From the human T2T-CHM13v2.0 reference genome, Homo sapiens: a stretch of DNA of 64,000 nt. Below, piece by piece: positions 18,622-33,800 of the stretch (position 1 is the first letter of the stretch; each line of letters begins with the position of its first letter). The notes beneath the pieces were generated by a model that saw only the letters and a program-made list of their open reading frames with translations, was not told the origin of the DNA and searched no databases. The stretch is taken from NCBI RefSeq assembly GCF_009914755.1, contig NC_060948.1; one strand, given 5' to 3'. The translations under genes and the position numbers were made by a program.

Positions 18622-19296
18622 CGATAGACAGATAATCGACAGAGAGATGATACGTAGGTATATGTTGAGATGGATAGGTGATAAATAATAGATATTAAGA
18701 TAGACAGGTCTAAGTGATGGGTGATTGATAGGTGAATAGATGATGGGTAGCTAACATTAAGATAGATATTAAGATAGGTGATAGATAATAGATATTAATA
18801 CAGACAGATAGCTATAGATGATAGATATTGAGATACATATTGAGATGGATTTGTGATTGATAGATTGCAAATAGACAGAGCTCTCACGTTATGGGAAAAC
18901 ATTGAGCTTGTTTTTCTTGCGTTTCTGGAAGCCGCATGGAGTGCTACTCATGACAGGAATCAAGTTGAACAGTGACTGTTTGGAGTTCAAAGTGCCATTT
19001 GAACAACATGGTAGGTTTGCAAATGGCATTATCAGCATGTGGTATTTGAACAGCTACAGGTTGTAAGTTTGAAAAGACACCAGGGAATTTATGTAGTGTA
19101 CATGAAAGACCACATTCTGTTCAGTGATAATTCCATTTCTCAAGGCCATCTCAGACTCTTACAAGAGCCAAATAACTAAGTGTTCAAGGTGCAGAAGAAA
19201 TCCAGCAAAGTCACTTTCCCAGAGGGAAAGTTTTGTGCTCCTCCCAGAGACCATGACCATGATGCATACAGGAATTTCTGACATTTGGATCCAGAA

Positions 19297-19545
19297 CAGG
19301 GTTTCTCAACCTGAGCACTGCTGACATCTGGGCGTGGGTGATTCTCTGTGGTGGGGCATCCTGTGTGCACTGTAGGGTGTTGAGCAATGTGCCTGGGCTC
19401 TACCCACCAGATGGCAGCAGGACTCTTCCCCAGTGGTGACAACCAGAAAGATCGAGACAACCAAAAAGTTCTCTAGATGTTGTCTGATATCACGTGGGAG
19501 ACTGGAGGGTGTGGGGGTAAAATTGTGTGTAGTTACAAACCAGTG
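19297..19545 (-). mobile_element. MER20 copy 2
   Basis: cagggtttctcaacctgagcactgctgacatctggg...tcctgtgtgcactgtagggtgttgagca...gtgacaacc. Confidence 0.85.
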
Positions 19546-19549
19546 CAAC

Positions 19550-19908
19550 AGAGAGATGAAAGGTGGATGGATGGATGGATGGATGATAGATAATTATTAT
19601 TCATAGATACATGGTTGATAAATGGATAGATGATATAGATAGATGATAGATTGATAAATGGATAAATGATATAAACAGATGGATGAATGGATGGATAGCT
19701 AAATATTCATAAATAGATATATGGTAGGTTGATAGATGAATAGATGATAAGGACTGATGATAGATTAATAGATAGATGATATAGACAGATGGATAGATAG
19801 GTGTTCATAAATACATACATGACTGATAGTTGGATAGTTTGTATAGATAGATGGTAAATTGATAGGTAGATGATGCAGACAGATGAATGGATGAATGGAT
19901 GGATGGAC
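19550..19908. repeat. (GGAT)n/(GATA)n degenerate tract; similar tracts at 18622-18880, 21185-21420 and 21653-21790
   Basis: ggatggatggat...gatagatagat. Confidence 0.85.
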
Positions 19909-20015
19909 AGGCCCTAGAACCCAATGACTTGGCTTTGCCACTCACTAGTTGTTGCAGGCTTTCTCTGAACAAGGATGAGATACCACAGTCACTGGTCACT
20001 GTTTGCTACGTGGTA

Positions 20016-20666
<651 letters not shown>

Positions 20667-20950
20667 TACAGATACATTTTGCTACCTGCCATGAGGGAGA
20701 ATCTGTATTCAGTTTAGAATCATCGTCATCCTGGGGAGAGAATGTGCCTTAGCATGGCTGAGGCCAGGCTGCTGGTCCCTTCAGATGGTGCTTCCCGCTG
20801 TGCTGTCGTTCTAGGTGGCCCCGTTGCAATGCTGACTTGACTTGCACCAAGGCAGTACAGAATGGATGGGATTTGCTAAAGGTGCCCACCTGCCTCCACC
20901 TTTTGCTGGCAGTTCCAGGTGTTGGACTTTTTATTGATGAAGGTGTAAAG

Positions 20951-21166
20951 CAAGGATTTTCAGTGGAGGTACCTCACATTTACAGCTGGATGAGTCTCTA
21001 TGGTGGGGCCATCCTGCACACTGTAGGGTGTTGAACAGCATCCTTGGGCTCCCCCCAGCAGGGGCCAGGAGCAGCAACCCCAGTTCTGAAAACCGGAAAT
21101 GTTTCCAGATGTCACCAATGTTCCTTCCAGGAGGGAGGGCAAAGTTATCTCCACTAGTGAACCTCT
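20951..21166 (-). mobile_element. MER20 copy 3 (paralog of copy 1)
   Basis: Same MER20 core. Shares non-consensus gggcaaagttatctccactagtgaacc with copy 1. Confidence 0.75.
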
Positions 21167-21437
21167 ATTATACATGACCAACAGAGAGATGATAGATGGA
21201 TACTATAGTAGGTATATGTTGAGATGGATAGGTGGTAGATAATATATATTAATATAGAACTAAATGATAGGTGACGGATAGGTGAATAGATGATGGGTAG
21301 CTGATAGATGATAGCTATTAAGATAGGTGATAGACAATAGATACTAATATAGATAGCTATAGATGATAGATATTGAGATGGGTAGGTGATTGATAGATTG
21401 ATGACCGATTGCATATAGACAGAGCTCTCATGCTAAA

Positions 21438-21652
21438 AGAGAATTTCTCAACCACAGCAGTGCTGACACATGGGGCGGGATCATGGAGGACTCTCTGTGG
21501 TGGAAGCTCTATGTACTGTAGGGTGTTGAGCACCATCCCTGGGCTTCAGATGCCAGGAGCATCCATCCCATCTGTGACAACCAAAGATGTCTCTAGATTC
21601 TACCAGGTTTCCTCTGTGCGGACAAAAAGTTATCCCCAGTTCTGAACCACTG
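21438..21652 (-). mobile_element. MER20 copy 4
   Basis: tttctcaacc...gtgctgaca...tactgtagggtgttgagcaccatccctggg...gtgacaaccaaagatgtctctaga...gaaccactg. Confidence 0.8.
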
Positions 21653-23065
21653 TGATAGATAGTTGATGGATGGATAGATATTGATAACTGAGACAGATAT
21701 TTGATAGGTGACAGATATTGAGGTAGATGATAGCTATAGGTGATTGATGATTGCTAGATATTGAGATAGGTGATTGTCCGAGACGGATACATTGCATTTT
21801 TAGTATTTAAGGGCAAAGCAGATGCTTCAAAAAGGGAGGCTTATTTTATTATCTATAATTTTCTTTTTTATTATTTTTTACTTTCATTCCCTTTTTCTAT
21901 GTATGAAAAGGGAGGTTTAAATTCTTGCAAGAGAATGCAATTGTAGTGTCTTCTGAATGGAGTTTTCCATTTGATGCCAAGCCTTCCAGTGCCTTGGTCT
22001 AAGGAGAACTGCATAGGGTGAGAAGAGTCCCAGCGATAACGTGGAAAAGGGGCCTTAACACCTCTGGAGGGCAAGAGGTAGGGGGTGAAGACGCAGTGGA
22101 CACCTAAGGAGAATTTTGCAGGAGGAGTAGGGGTTTATTGGCTGAAAGGGGTGGGTGGTGGAAAATCATTCTAGACAGGGAGTGACACGGAAGCAAGCCA
22201 TGGGTCACTACAGGGCAGGAGGGACATGGAGGAGAAACTCAAATCTGAGTTCAGCCAGGAGGTGGACACAGGAATGCAGTGAGCTCAGATGTGTAGGAGA
22301 CTGCCGTGGGGACTGGGGTATGAGGAAGGACTGGCTCTGGCTTGGCTGTGCATTTGGGCTGCTGGACAGTGAGGAGATCCAAGGAGAGAGAGTGCATTCC
22401 AATTTGGGAAACTTTGAGGGCAAAACATCTGCAGCAACTGTCTCAGAAGAGAGCCTGAGGCAGGGTCCTTGGAGGGAGGAAGCCACAGGTGGATGGAGCC
22501 ACCGAGGGCTGCTAGGTCACCTTGGTTAAGGGCTAGTTGCAGTGCAGCCAGGTCGGAAAGTAGAGCCGTTCTGGAGCCTCACGTGGCATAGATGTTGGAG
22601 GAGATGGGATGAGGATGGCTCATTTTCTTCTTCTCACCACAAAAGCCCAGCTTAATGGCAGGCTCTGGAGAGAGGAGGACCAACTTCTACGGTAAGGTGT
22701 CTCCAAATTAGTGAGGCTGATTTGCCTGTTCATAAAAACAAAAACAAAAGCAAAAAAATCCTTTAGAGGAGAAGCCATCCCCACAGACCCTGCAAATAAA
22801 AGACAGCAGATCAGCTTCGCAGATGGAAAAATGCTGCTTTCAGCTAAAGATGAGGACAGAGCTGCTCAGCTGAGGTCACTGGAGAGGAGGCGGAGGGGAC
22901 TTGGGAACCTCCCTTGTCTCAGTTGTTGTTGACGACATTGATCCTTTCTTCATGTTGACTTTTCCCCCCATTCATAGATTCATAGATTGCTCTCTATGCT
23001 GGAATACGTTCTTTAGGATTTGTTTATTTTGTTAACATATATCACATAAAATTTTGCTATTTTAA

Positions 23066-23236
<171 letters not shown>

Positions 23237-23629
23237 TAAAATTTTGGTAGAGGTGGGGTTTTGCTGTGTTGCACAGGCTGGTCTCCAACTACCGGGCTCA
23301 AGCAGTCCTGCTACCTCAGGCTCCCAAGTAGAGCTAGGACTACAGGCTCATGCCACCATGCCCAGTTTACCTTTTAATTTTTGGTAAAGTTGTGATTTTG
23401 CTTTGTTGCCCAGGCTGTTCTCAAACTTCTGACCTCAGGCAGTCCTCCTGCCTTGGTTGAGATTACAGGCATGAGCCTCCATGCCTGGCCTCATTTTAAC
23501 CATTTTTAAAATGTACGGTTCATGACTCAGGAGGCTGAAGCAGGAGGACCATTTCAACCCACAAGGCAGAGGTTGCCATGAGCTGAGTTTGTGCCACTGC
23601 ACTCTATCCTGGGCAACAGAAAAAAAATA

Positions 23630-24115
23630 TATAAGATGCACAGTTTAGTGACATGGAGCACATTCATGTTTCTATGCAACCGCCACCCCAACCCCATCCC
23701 CATCCGTTTCCAGAACTCCTTTTCATCTTCCCCAACTGAAACTCTGTCCTCATGAAACATGCCCTATTGCCCCTCCCTCCAGACCTGCCCAGGTAACCTC
23801 CCGCATACTCTCTGCTCTATGAATTTGGTGATTCTAGGAGCCTTATATAGGCAGAATCATACGGCATTTGTCCTTTTGTGACTGGCTTCTTTCAGTTACT
23901 GTAATGTCCTTCAGATTCCCCCATCCTGTAGAAAGGAATTTCCCTCCTTTCTAAGCCCGAGTAGCGTTCCATCGTATAGAGGATACAGCATGTTGTGTTT
24001 ACCCATTCATTCATCCTTGGACACTGGGGTGCCTTCCACCTCTTGGCTGTAGTGAATAATGGTGCTATGAACAAGGTTCGGCAAATATCTGTTCCAGTGC
24101 CTGCTTTCAGCTGCT
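23630..24115 (-). mobile_element. L1MB 3' fragment
   Basis: ttccagaactccttttcatcttccccaactgaaactctgt...atttgtccttttgtgactggctt...cttccacctcttggct. ORF 23892..24074 is L1-like. Confidence 0.75.
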
Positions 24116-24632
24116 TGAATACATTTTTTTAATTTATTATTATTATTATTTTGAGATGGGGTCTCACTCTGTTACCCAGGCTGGAGTGCAGTGGTGATCT
24201 TGGGTCTCTGCAACCTCTGCCTGCCGGATTCAAGCGATTCTCCCACCTCATCCTACTAGTAGCTGGGATTACAAGCATGCAACACCATGCCCGGCTCATT
24301 TTGTATTTTTAGTAAATATAGGTTTTCACCTTGTTGACCAGGCTGATCTGGAATTCCTGACCTCAGGTGATCTACCCACCTGGGCCTTCTAAAGTGCTAG
24401 GATTACAGGCGTGAGCCACCACCCCTGGCCCCTTGATACATTTTTAGTATTGTAATTAAATGCTTTTCCCACTGTTGCAGGGAGCCTATGCAGTGTTTTT
24501 AGTTAAATATTTTTTCTGAGGCTTACCTCAAGTTTTCCTGTCTTCCACTTACCCTCCCTCATTCCCAGGTAACTGTATTTCACAGCCTGGTATGGATCCT
24601 TCTGTACTGTTCTTTGTGTTAAAAAGCCCCCT

Positions 24633-24780
24633 CACACACACAAGCATGTGCACACACAAGCACATATGCACACAAGCACACACACGTGCACATGCACACA
24701 TACACATGTGCACATGCACACATGCACGCACACATGTATGCATGCATGCACACACACAATGCGCACGCATGCCCCATGCA
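24633..24780. repeat. CA/TG alternating purine-pyrimidine tract
   Basis: cacacacacaagcatgtgcacacac...atgcatgcatgcacacac. Confidence 0.85.
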
Positions 24781-24894
24781 GTTTGGCCTCATGCCACTAG
24801 AGTATGCATCATTTTTGTCTCTTGTTTTCTTGGAGATCCCTCTGGGGTATTTTGAGGAGGAGAAGTTGTATTATTATTGTGTTGTTGTTAATTT

Positions 24895-25215
24895 TTAGAC
24901 ATTCAGGGACACACGTGGAGTTTTGGTACATGGATGTATCATGTCATGGTGAGCTTTGGGCTTCTAGGGTACCCCTTACCCAAATAGTGAACATTGTACC
25001 CGATAGGTAATTTCTCAGCCCTCAACCCCTTCCCAGCCTTCCCCTTTTGGGAGTCCCCGTATCTGTTATTTCCATTTCTATGTCCATGTGGACCCACTGT
25101 TGAGCTCCCACTTTTGAGCGAGACTATGCGGTATTTGACTTTCTGTGTCTCAGTTATTTTACTTAGGATAGTGGTTTCCAGTTCCATCCCTGTCGTTACA
25201 AAATACATGATTTTT
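24895..25215 (-). mobile_element. L1MA/L1PB 3' fragment
   Basis: acccaaatagtgaacattgtacccgataggtaatttctcagccctca...gctcccactt...cttaggatagtggtttccagttccatcc. Confidence 0.75.
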
Positions 25216-25282
25216 TTTATAGCAATGTTGACATACTGTATTTTCTGTGGCTTTTATATACTAAATTTTCTTTATGCAGTCA

Positions 25283-25599
<317 letters not shown>

Positions 25600-28500
25600 C
25601 TAGGAAAAAAACAGAAAAGTAAGAAAACAACAGATGTTGGTGTGGAAGTGGAGGAAAGTGGCCGTGGATGCGCTGCTGGTGCGGAGGAGGTCTTCCAGTG
25701 CATGCAGCAGGGGAGGTGACCTCACTTCTCCTCGAGAGGAGCTCAGCTGTGCAAGGCAGTGTTGGAGAGGATGGGAGGGTGCATGTGACCCTAGGAGCAA
25801 GGCTGTGTGCCTGTGGGCATGCACTTCCTGGTGACGTTTCCTTGGACCCCACAGTGGGAAAAACAGGAGCCCCTCTGCCCTCTCATTCCTCTTTCTCTGT
25901 ATTTGCATTTGCTGTCTTGCTGGTCTCAAGATTCCCAAGCGCTGCTGCCAGCCCACCCCTTCAGCCTGCCAAGCTACATGTGTGCGCCCACTTGACCACT
26001 CTCTGAGCCTTCTGCTCAGGTGCCTCCCACCAAAAATGAGTTCCTGCTCTTCCTCCTTGCCCCTCAGCCCTAGTCATTTCCTCATTTGCAGTTCCCCGTT
26101 TATAAGTGCCCCTTCTGCTCTTGGAGCTCAGCCAGGAACCATTTTTTATTTCCTTTTCTTTGGCTCTGTATTCACTCTCATCCTGAATCCTGCCCTTTTA
26201 ATTTTTTTTTTTTTTGAAAAGATGTGGTCTTGCCATCTCATCCAGGCTGAAGTGCAGTGGTACAGTCATGTCTCACTGCATCCTTGACCTCCTAGGCTCA
26301 AGGGATCCTCCCACCTCAGCCTCCCAAGAAACTGGGACCACAAATGCACACCACTATGTCCAGCTAATTAAAAAATTTTTTTTGTAGGGACAGGATCTCA
26401 CTATGTTGCTCAGGCTGGTCTCAAACTCATGGTTTCAAGCGTTTCCCCTGCCTCGGCCTCCTAAGTAGCTAGGATTACAGGTGCACACCACCATGCCTTG
26501 ACCCTTTCCAATTCTCAAACACATCTCCAGAGCCCATCTACATCAATGATGTCTTCACAGAAGCCGCCGTAGCTTATCTAAATTCCCTCCCCTTCTCTCC
26601 ATTGATCTCCGATCTCTGCAGAACTCACCCCTTCCTGCTGTATCAGCCCAAACCTTTCTGACATGAAAATAGGCTGGGTGCAGTGACTCAAGCCTGTAAT
26701 CTCAGCACTTGTGGAGGCTGAGGTGGGAGAACTGCTTGAGACCAGGAGTTTGAGACCAACCTGGGCATCATACTGAGACCCCATCTCTAATTTTTTTTTT
26801 TTTGCAAAGACAGGGCCTTTCTCTGTTGCCCAGGATGGAGTGCGGTGGTGCCATCATAGTTCACTGCAGCCTCATTCTCCTGGGCCCAAGTTATCCTCCC
26901 ACCGCAGCCTCCCAGGTAGCTGGGACTGTAGGCCTGTACCACCAAGCCTGGCTAATTTTTAAATTTTGAGGGTCTTGCTGTGTTGTCCAGACTGATCTTG
27001 AACTCTTGAGTACAAGTGATTTTCCTACCTCAGTCTCTCAAGTAGCTAGGAGTACAGGTGTACACCTCAGGCCCACCTAATTTTTAATTTTTTTTTATAG
27101 AGACATGGTCTTGCTTTGTGCCTAGGCTGGTTTTGAGCTCCTGGGCTCAAGTGGTCTGCCACCTTGGCCCCACAAAGTGCTGGAGCACTTTGGCCTCTAG
27201 CCTTCTTTTATGTCCCTCCCCAGTCTTCCTTTGGCCTTCAGCTGTGGGGACAGAGATGCCCCCTGCCTCCCTGTCCCCACCTTCTACCTGGTCTTGCAAG
27301 ACCCCCTCCAGGCATCCTTCCAAGTTTACAGTGTAATGTCTGTTCCCCCTCAAACCTGCAAAGCTCATGATAGTCACAAGATCTGCCCTTCCTGATATTG
27401 TGTACCGAGGACATTGCTTGGCACATAAGGGGCCCTTGTCCAAAACATCTGGAAACCAATAAAGAATGTGGCTGGTGAGTTACTGATTAATGTGTTGATG
27501 AATTCATTGATTGCTGAGGCTAGTACGTACAGTAAGGGTTAGGTTTTGAACATGCTTCTCATATCTATCGTGATAAACCCTCTTATCGTCTATTGCTTTT
27601 GAACTTTTATAGACTTGATGTCAGGGAAAGAGTCCCGCATTTAACTGGAATCGTTGAACTGATGCACCGGTTTCTAATTTTCCAAACTCAGATTTGAAAT
27701 CACCTGTGGTCACTAAACTCTGTCCTATCCCACAGCCCCTGCACATGGTGACTTATGTTTTGTAAATGTTTTTTGGAGATAGTAAAGTCAATATCTCTTT
27801 GAATATTTTGTTCCTTACCTTTGGTAAGACCTAGCCCTGCACAAATTCTGTCCATGTAAGCAAAGTCTTTTTTTTTTTTTTTCCAGATAAGGTCTGGCTC
27901 TGTCACTGAGGCTGCAGTGCAGAGGTTCAGTCATAGCTCACTGCAGCCTTCAACTCCTGGGCTCAGGCAGTCCTTCCGCCTCAGCCTCTTAAGTACCTGA
28001 GACTACAGGCATGCACAACCACACCCGGCTAATCTTTTTATTTTTTTGCAGAGACAGAGTGTCCCTATGTTGCCCAGGCTAGTTTCAAACTCTTGGTTTC
28101 AAGTGATCCTCTTGCCTCAGTCTCCCAAAGTGCTGGGATTACAGGTGTGAGCCACCACACTCGCCTGCAAAGTCTGATAAAAGATTTGAAGGAAGGATGT
28201 CTCAGAGAACTTTTTTTTTCTTATACTATTTACTTAATCTTATTGATTTGGGGAAGGGCAAGGGAATCCCAGTTTTCTAGATTTTTTTTTTTCTTATAGG
28301 AATATGTTTTTACTTGGTACCTCTCTCTGTGTAAACTATTGCTTCTTAAAGATGCTGAGGGGTGATCCCGCATTAGTGTATAGGTAAAAATGATGTCTCC
28401 ATTTCATATATACTGATTAGGTGACTTTTTTAAGCCTTGTGGTTTGTTGATGTTGATTTTACTGAGACACTTGTGGAACAGATGTATTTTCATACAACCT

Positions 28501-29593
28501 TACACATCTCAGTAGTTTTCCCCACTCGTGCAGTAACTTTTTCTCCCCTGCTTTCTCTCCTCCTCTCCCCACCTCTTCTTCCTTCCCCTCCTCTCCTCGT
28601 CCCTTCCCTCCTCTTCTCATTTGATACAAAGCCCTAGCTCTCTTCCTCTACAGATCATCCTACCCATGGTTGAAATTGCAACTTCCCCTGCAAGCCAAGT
28701 GACCGAACCTGAGATGTTTGTATTGTCAGGGCTTGCATATTCTACATGCCTGCATAATCCCCAAAGTTCTTTCATTCCTTGCTTCTAACCTACCCAAATC
28801 CTTCTAATCTCCCACCACGGTTAATTATCTCTGATGCTCCTGAAAGGTGACCTGCTGCTACATTGTGACAAGGTGATGCATTATTCTTAAGAGGATCTGT
28901 ACAGATTATTATCCCAGAGTGGGATAGATGGGGGAGGATACAGTATATATCCAAAGAATATGTTGCAAACTAATAGGAGGGAGAGAGAGAGAGGGAGAGA
29001 GAGAGAGAGAGAGATGAATGGGGAGGATACAGGATATATCCAAAGAATGTGTTGCAAACTAATGGGGGGGTGAGGGAATGAGGGAGGGAATGCATCTTTT
29101 TCTTGCATATTTCAGCCATTCTCTTCAGCCACATTAATAGTTGTACACAGCGGTCTTGTTATTGCCTTGACCATTTTTGTGGCCTGAAGAAATTTAGAAA
29201 GTCACGAGCTGACACAGAAGTTTATTGTAAAAGTTCACCAGTACGATAGTATTTGGATCTTGGAAAATATTTCCCCACCAGAACAGTGAAACTGTGGTTG
29301 TCTTCTAAGGTCATCCACAGAAGTACAGTTTGACTCTCATGCGTTTGAGATACCATGTGCTTAATCACGAAGTATTGCTGAGAGGAACACTCTTGCCCAA
29401 CCAATAATGGTGCAAAACAGAACAATAGGGCATTTAGCTAGGAGAAAATGACTTGAGATGTCAGCTATAAGATGAAAGGAGTGTGGGTATGTGGTAGGTC
29501 TTTATAACTCCAACAGATTGCTCTAGAAAACAATCACTACATACCAAAATTTAGCCAGTCTTAGTGGCATGTGCCTGTAATCGCAGCTACTCA

Positions 29594-29698
<105 letters not shown>

Positions 29699-31597
29699 TC
29701 AAAACAAACAAACAAAACAAAGCAACAAAACCACTCCAACAGATACTTCTCCCTCCTCATATACTCTCCCTGGATCCCTTTATGCCTCAAGACCACAGAT
29801 TTTGAACTTGCTGAGCTGTAGTGAGTGGAGAGGTGGGACACAGGTGCACAGCCTTCAGTAACTGAAGGAAAAAAAAACAAAAGAAATTTCTAATCCTGAG
29901 CTTCCTGAGCTCCCTTCAGCCACTCAGCTGCTGAGGGGCAGGAATCTAGCAGCAAGGTGGAGAGCGGAAGGCATTCCTACAACCTGTATTTGTGGGTCAT
30001 TAGTCCCCGAACTCCAGCATCCTTGCAGAATCTGCAAATTTTAAAGTGCATCAGGTAAGACTTTTTTATATAAGAGGCCTATATTTTGCTAATACATATA
30101 AACATTGTGTTTAGTCAAATAAATGTTTATTTAAAATTGACAGTAGCATGTTGTTTTATTTATTTATTTTTTTCTTTTAGGGATAGGATCTGGCTCTGTC
30201 ACCCAGGTTGAAGTGCAGTGATGTTGTGATCATAGCTCATTGCAAGCCTCCAATTCCTGGGCTCAAGTGATCCTCCCACCTCAGCCTCCTGAATTGCTGG
30301 GACGCCACCATGCCTGGCTGATTCTTTTATTGTAGAGATGGGGTCTTGCTGTGCTGCTTATGCTGCTTTCGAACACCTGGCCTCAAGTGATCCTCCTGCC
30401 TTGGCTTCCCGAAGTGCTGGGATGACAGGCATTGAGCCACTGTGCCCAGCCTATGACTTTTCCTAGCATTAATCTCTGTGTCATTGTAAGCTGTCTCCTG
30501 GGTCTTTGCCTTCATTCTACACTGTTTTGGTGGAATGGCCTGTGCTGGCAGACAAGCCCGTCTGGTTGACCTTGAGCATCCTTCCCTGTCCTCAGGAAAG
30601 GTTTCCTGCGCATTGTTTTGTTTTCTTTGTACACCGACTGGCTGCAACTCATTGGAATGACCTTGCAAGGGAGCATCCATGATAGTGTCATGATCAGATG
30701 AAACATAACAGTATGTGTCCTGGTCATGGTTAAGATTGTCTTTTATGCTTCCGATTCTTCTGGGTGCCGTCTGCTGGTGGCCCTCTCATGTGCTAATGGA
30801 AACATGGGCATGCTGGTGTCTTCTAGGTCCTCTCCAAAAACAAAGCCCAGGTTAGGCACAGTGTCTCACGTCTGTAATCCCAGCATTTTCGGAGGACGAG
30901 GTGGGAGGATCACTTCAGCCCTGGAGTTCAAGACCAGTGTGGGCAACACAGTGAGATCCTGTCTGTACAAATAATAATAATAATGATGATAATAATAATA
31001 ATAATAATAATAAAATAAGCCAGGCGTGGTGACATGCACCTGTAGTCCTAGTTGGGAGGCTGAGGTAGGAGAATTGCTTGAGCCCAGGAGGTTGAGGCTG
31101 CATGAGCCATGATTGTACCATTGCACTTCAGCCTAGTGGATAGAGTAAGAACCTGTTCCCAAACACCCCAAACAAACAAAATCCCAAAACCCTTAGTTCC
31201 ACATCTTGCATCATTTCCCCCACCTCTTCTTTAGGAGCAAACCTTTCATTATCCATGCATATCTCTCCAAACTGTATTTATATTTGTGCTGAGATGTTGA
31301 ATGCACAAGACGTACCTCAGTATCTTTTGTTCCCTACTTTCATCTCTACCCCTCCCTCTTCCTTGATCTCTCATTGCTGTGTTTTCTTCCACTGATCAAC
31401 ACCTTTGTAAGGAGAAGGCACCTTGGGCAAGCTACCACAAGCAAGTAATTAGGAATACCTCATTTGGGGCTTTTTAAAAGGGCTTTTTCCCAGTAGGTTT
31501 GGGATGCAGTCTGCAAGTTTATTGTTGATTCCCAGGCTTTTAATGATAGTTCCAGGTTACTGAATTGGGTGTGATCTCTGAAGATCTATGTGTTGTT

Positions 31598-31980
31598 GGT
31601 TAGTAGGTTAGGGCTGCCATAACAAAGTAGCATAGATTGGGTGGATTAAACAACATTGATTTATTTTTTTACCATTCTTAAAGCTAGAATTTTGAGAAGA
31701 ATATGTTAGCAGGGCTGGTGCCTCTTGAGGCACCTTGGCTTGTAGATGCCATCTTCTCCCTGTGTCCTTACATGGTTGTCCTTCTGTGTGTGTCTGTGTC
31801 CTCATCCTCTCCTCTTAGAAGGACTCCAGTCCTGTTGGGCTGGGGCGCATTCTACCACCACATTTTATCTTAATCACCTCTTTACATGCCCTGTCTCCAA
31901 ATACAGTCATATTCTGAGGTCTTGAGAGTCTGGTCTTCTACATATGGATATTGGGAGGATGCAGTTCAGTCCATAGCGCA
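31598..31980 (-). mobile_element. MLT1B-like LTR
   Basis: agggctgccataacaaagtagcatagattgggtgg...ggcttgtagatgccatcttctccctgtgtcct...tctccaaatacagtcatattctgagg. Confidence 0.8.
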
Positions 31981-32079
31981 CTGTTAGCTGGTGTATTACA
32001 AGATGTTGATATTTACTCTCCATTTATTCCATGACAATGAGACCTTTACCCATTTCCCAGGATACACATATCTTAACAT

Positions 32080-32430
32080 CTGCTGTTGTCTAAATGCATC
32101 CCTCAAATTCATATGTTGAGACAGTAACCCCCAAAGCTATGGAATTAAAAGATGGAGCATTGGGGGAAGCAATTAAATTGTGAGGGTGAAGCCGTTGAAC
32201 AGGACCAGTGCCCTTGGTGAAGGGGCCTGAGGGAGCCTGTTTCTCCTTGGTCTGTGGGAGGACAGTGTGAGAAGGGCCCTTCCCTCAGGAATGGGCCCTT
32301 ACCATGCAGTTCATTAGTGGGAAGTCCAGAGACTTCCAGCCTCTGGAACTGAGAATAGTACATTTTTCTTGTTTGTAAGACCCTCTAGTATATGGTATTT
32401 TTGTGATAGCAGCCAGAATGGACTAAGACA
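32080..32430 (+). mobile_element. MLT1A-like LTR
   Basis: ccctcaaattcatatgttga...gacttccagcctctggaactgaga...tatggtatttttgtgatagcagccagaatggactaagaca. Confidence 0.75.
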
Positions 32431-33800
32431 ACATCTATGTAACATCTATGGAACTTGTACTTTAATATCCATCTACATGCTTATCCCAATATCTGATTAT
32501 ACACCTCTTAACATCTACACACGTCTTAGCATCTTACCTATACTGATGAATTATACCTGTCTATATGTAGACCTCAGCACCTGTCTATACCCAGAGTCAC
32601 ATCTACACACACACGTATCCTAACATCTGTCTGTATGCACACCTTAGCATCTGTCTATCACATATATTAGCATCTATGGACCTTGAGAACTTGTCTGGAG
32701 GTTCTAGCAGGGGAATGCAGCTATTCGTATACCCTTGACTGAAGACCAGTCCTCCTCTATTGGGGTTGGTCATCCTCTTTGACCGAACACGCAGCTTTGG
32801 GAGGGACGCATATGGAGCGGTGAGGAGGAAGGGGACAACTGCCTAGCCAGTCAGATCAGCTGAATCAACCCTGGTGATCAATGGCAGGCAGATGTTGCAG
32901 CCAGATTGCCCTCACATCCATATATTAGCATCTGTCTACATCCATATCCTAATATGTGTCTACACTCACAGAGCAACACCAGTCTACATCCATCTACACC
33001 CATATCCTAACATCTCTTTATACTTCTATGTTAATATCTATCTACATTCATATTCTAACATCGGTCTTTATGTGTATATTAACGTATGTCTACACCTATA
33101 TCCTAGCATCCATATTATAACATTGTTCTCTACCTATGTGTTAACATCTCTCTTCACCCATATTCTAACATTTATATCTATCCATATTTTTTGTAATGCC
33201 TGTCTACATCTATATCTTAACATCTATCTCTACCTATATATTAACATCTGTCTACACCTATATTCTAACATTTATCTATATCTGTATTCTAATATTTGTC
33301 TACATCCATATATAACGTCTGTCTACAGCCATGTCCTAACACCTACAGCCATATATTAACATCTGTCTAAACCCATATCCTAACATCCATCTACACCCAT
33401 ATAGTAATGTAGTAGCATCCATCTATACCCATATCCTAACATCTCTTTGTACCTACATATTAACCCCTTCTGCACTTGTATCGTAACATTTATCTATATC
33501 CGTGTTGTAGTATCTGTCTGCACCCATATATTAATCTGTCTACACCTATATCCTAACACCTATCTATAACTACATGTTAACATCCATATATATCTGTATA
33601 CTAACATATATCTATATCCACATTCTATACCATATTATAACACTGTGTAAACCCATATATTAGCCCCCATCTGCACCCGTATACTAACCTCTGTCTCTCA
33701 GCAGATTGTAACATTTATATGTACATGCATTCTAACACCTATCTATACCCATATATTAATATCTGTCTTTACCCATGTGCTCATACCTATGTGCTCCATG
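32430..33800. repeat. Degenerate ~24-bp tandem array (taacatctgtctacacctatatcc-like), interrupted by the 7SK copy
   Basis: taacatct/tagcatct recurs about every 24 nt, clearly at 33180-33400. Confidence 0.8.
32676..32919 (-). pseudogene. 7SK snRNA retropseudogene (RN7SKP family), 5' end intact, 3' truncated, no poly(A)
   Basis: Minus strand reads GGATGTGAGGGCAATCTGGCTGCAACATCTG...CAAGGGTATACGAATAGCTGC...CTAGAACCTCCAGACAAGTTCTCAAGGTCCAT, about nt 1-244 of 7SK. Flanked by ATATATTAGCATCT at 32662-32675 and 32920-32933. Confidence 0.95.
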
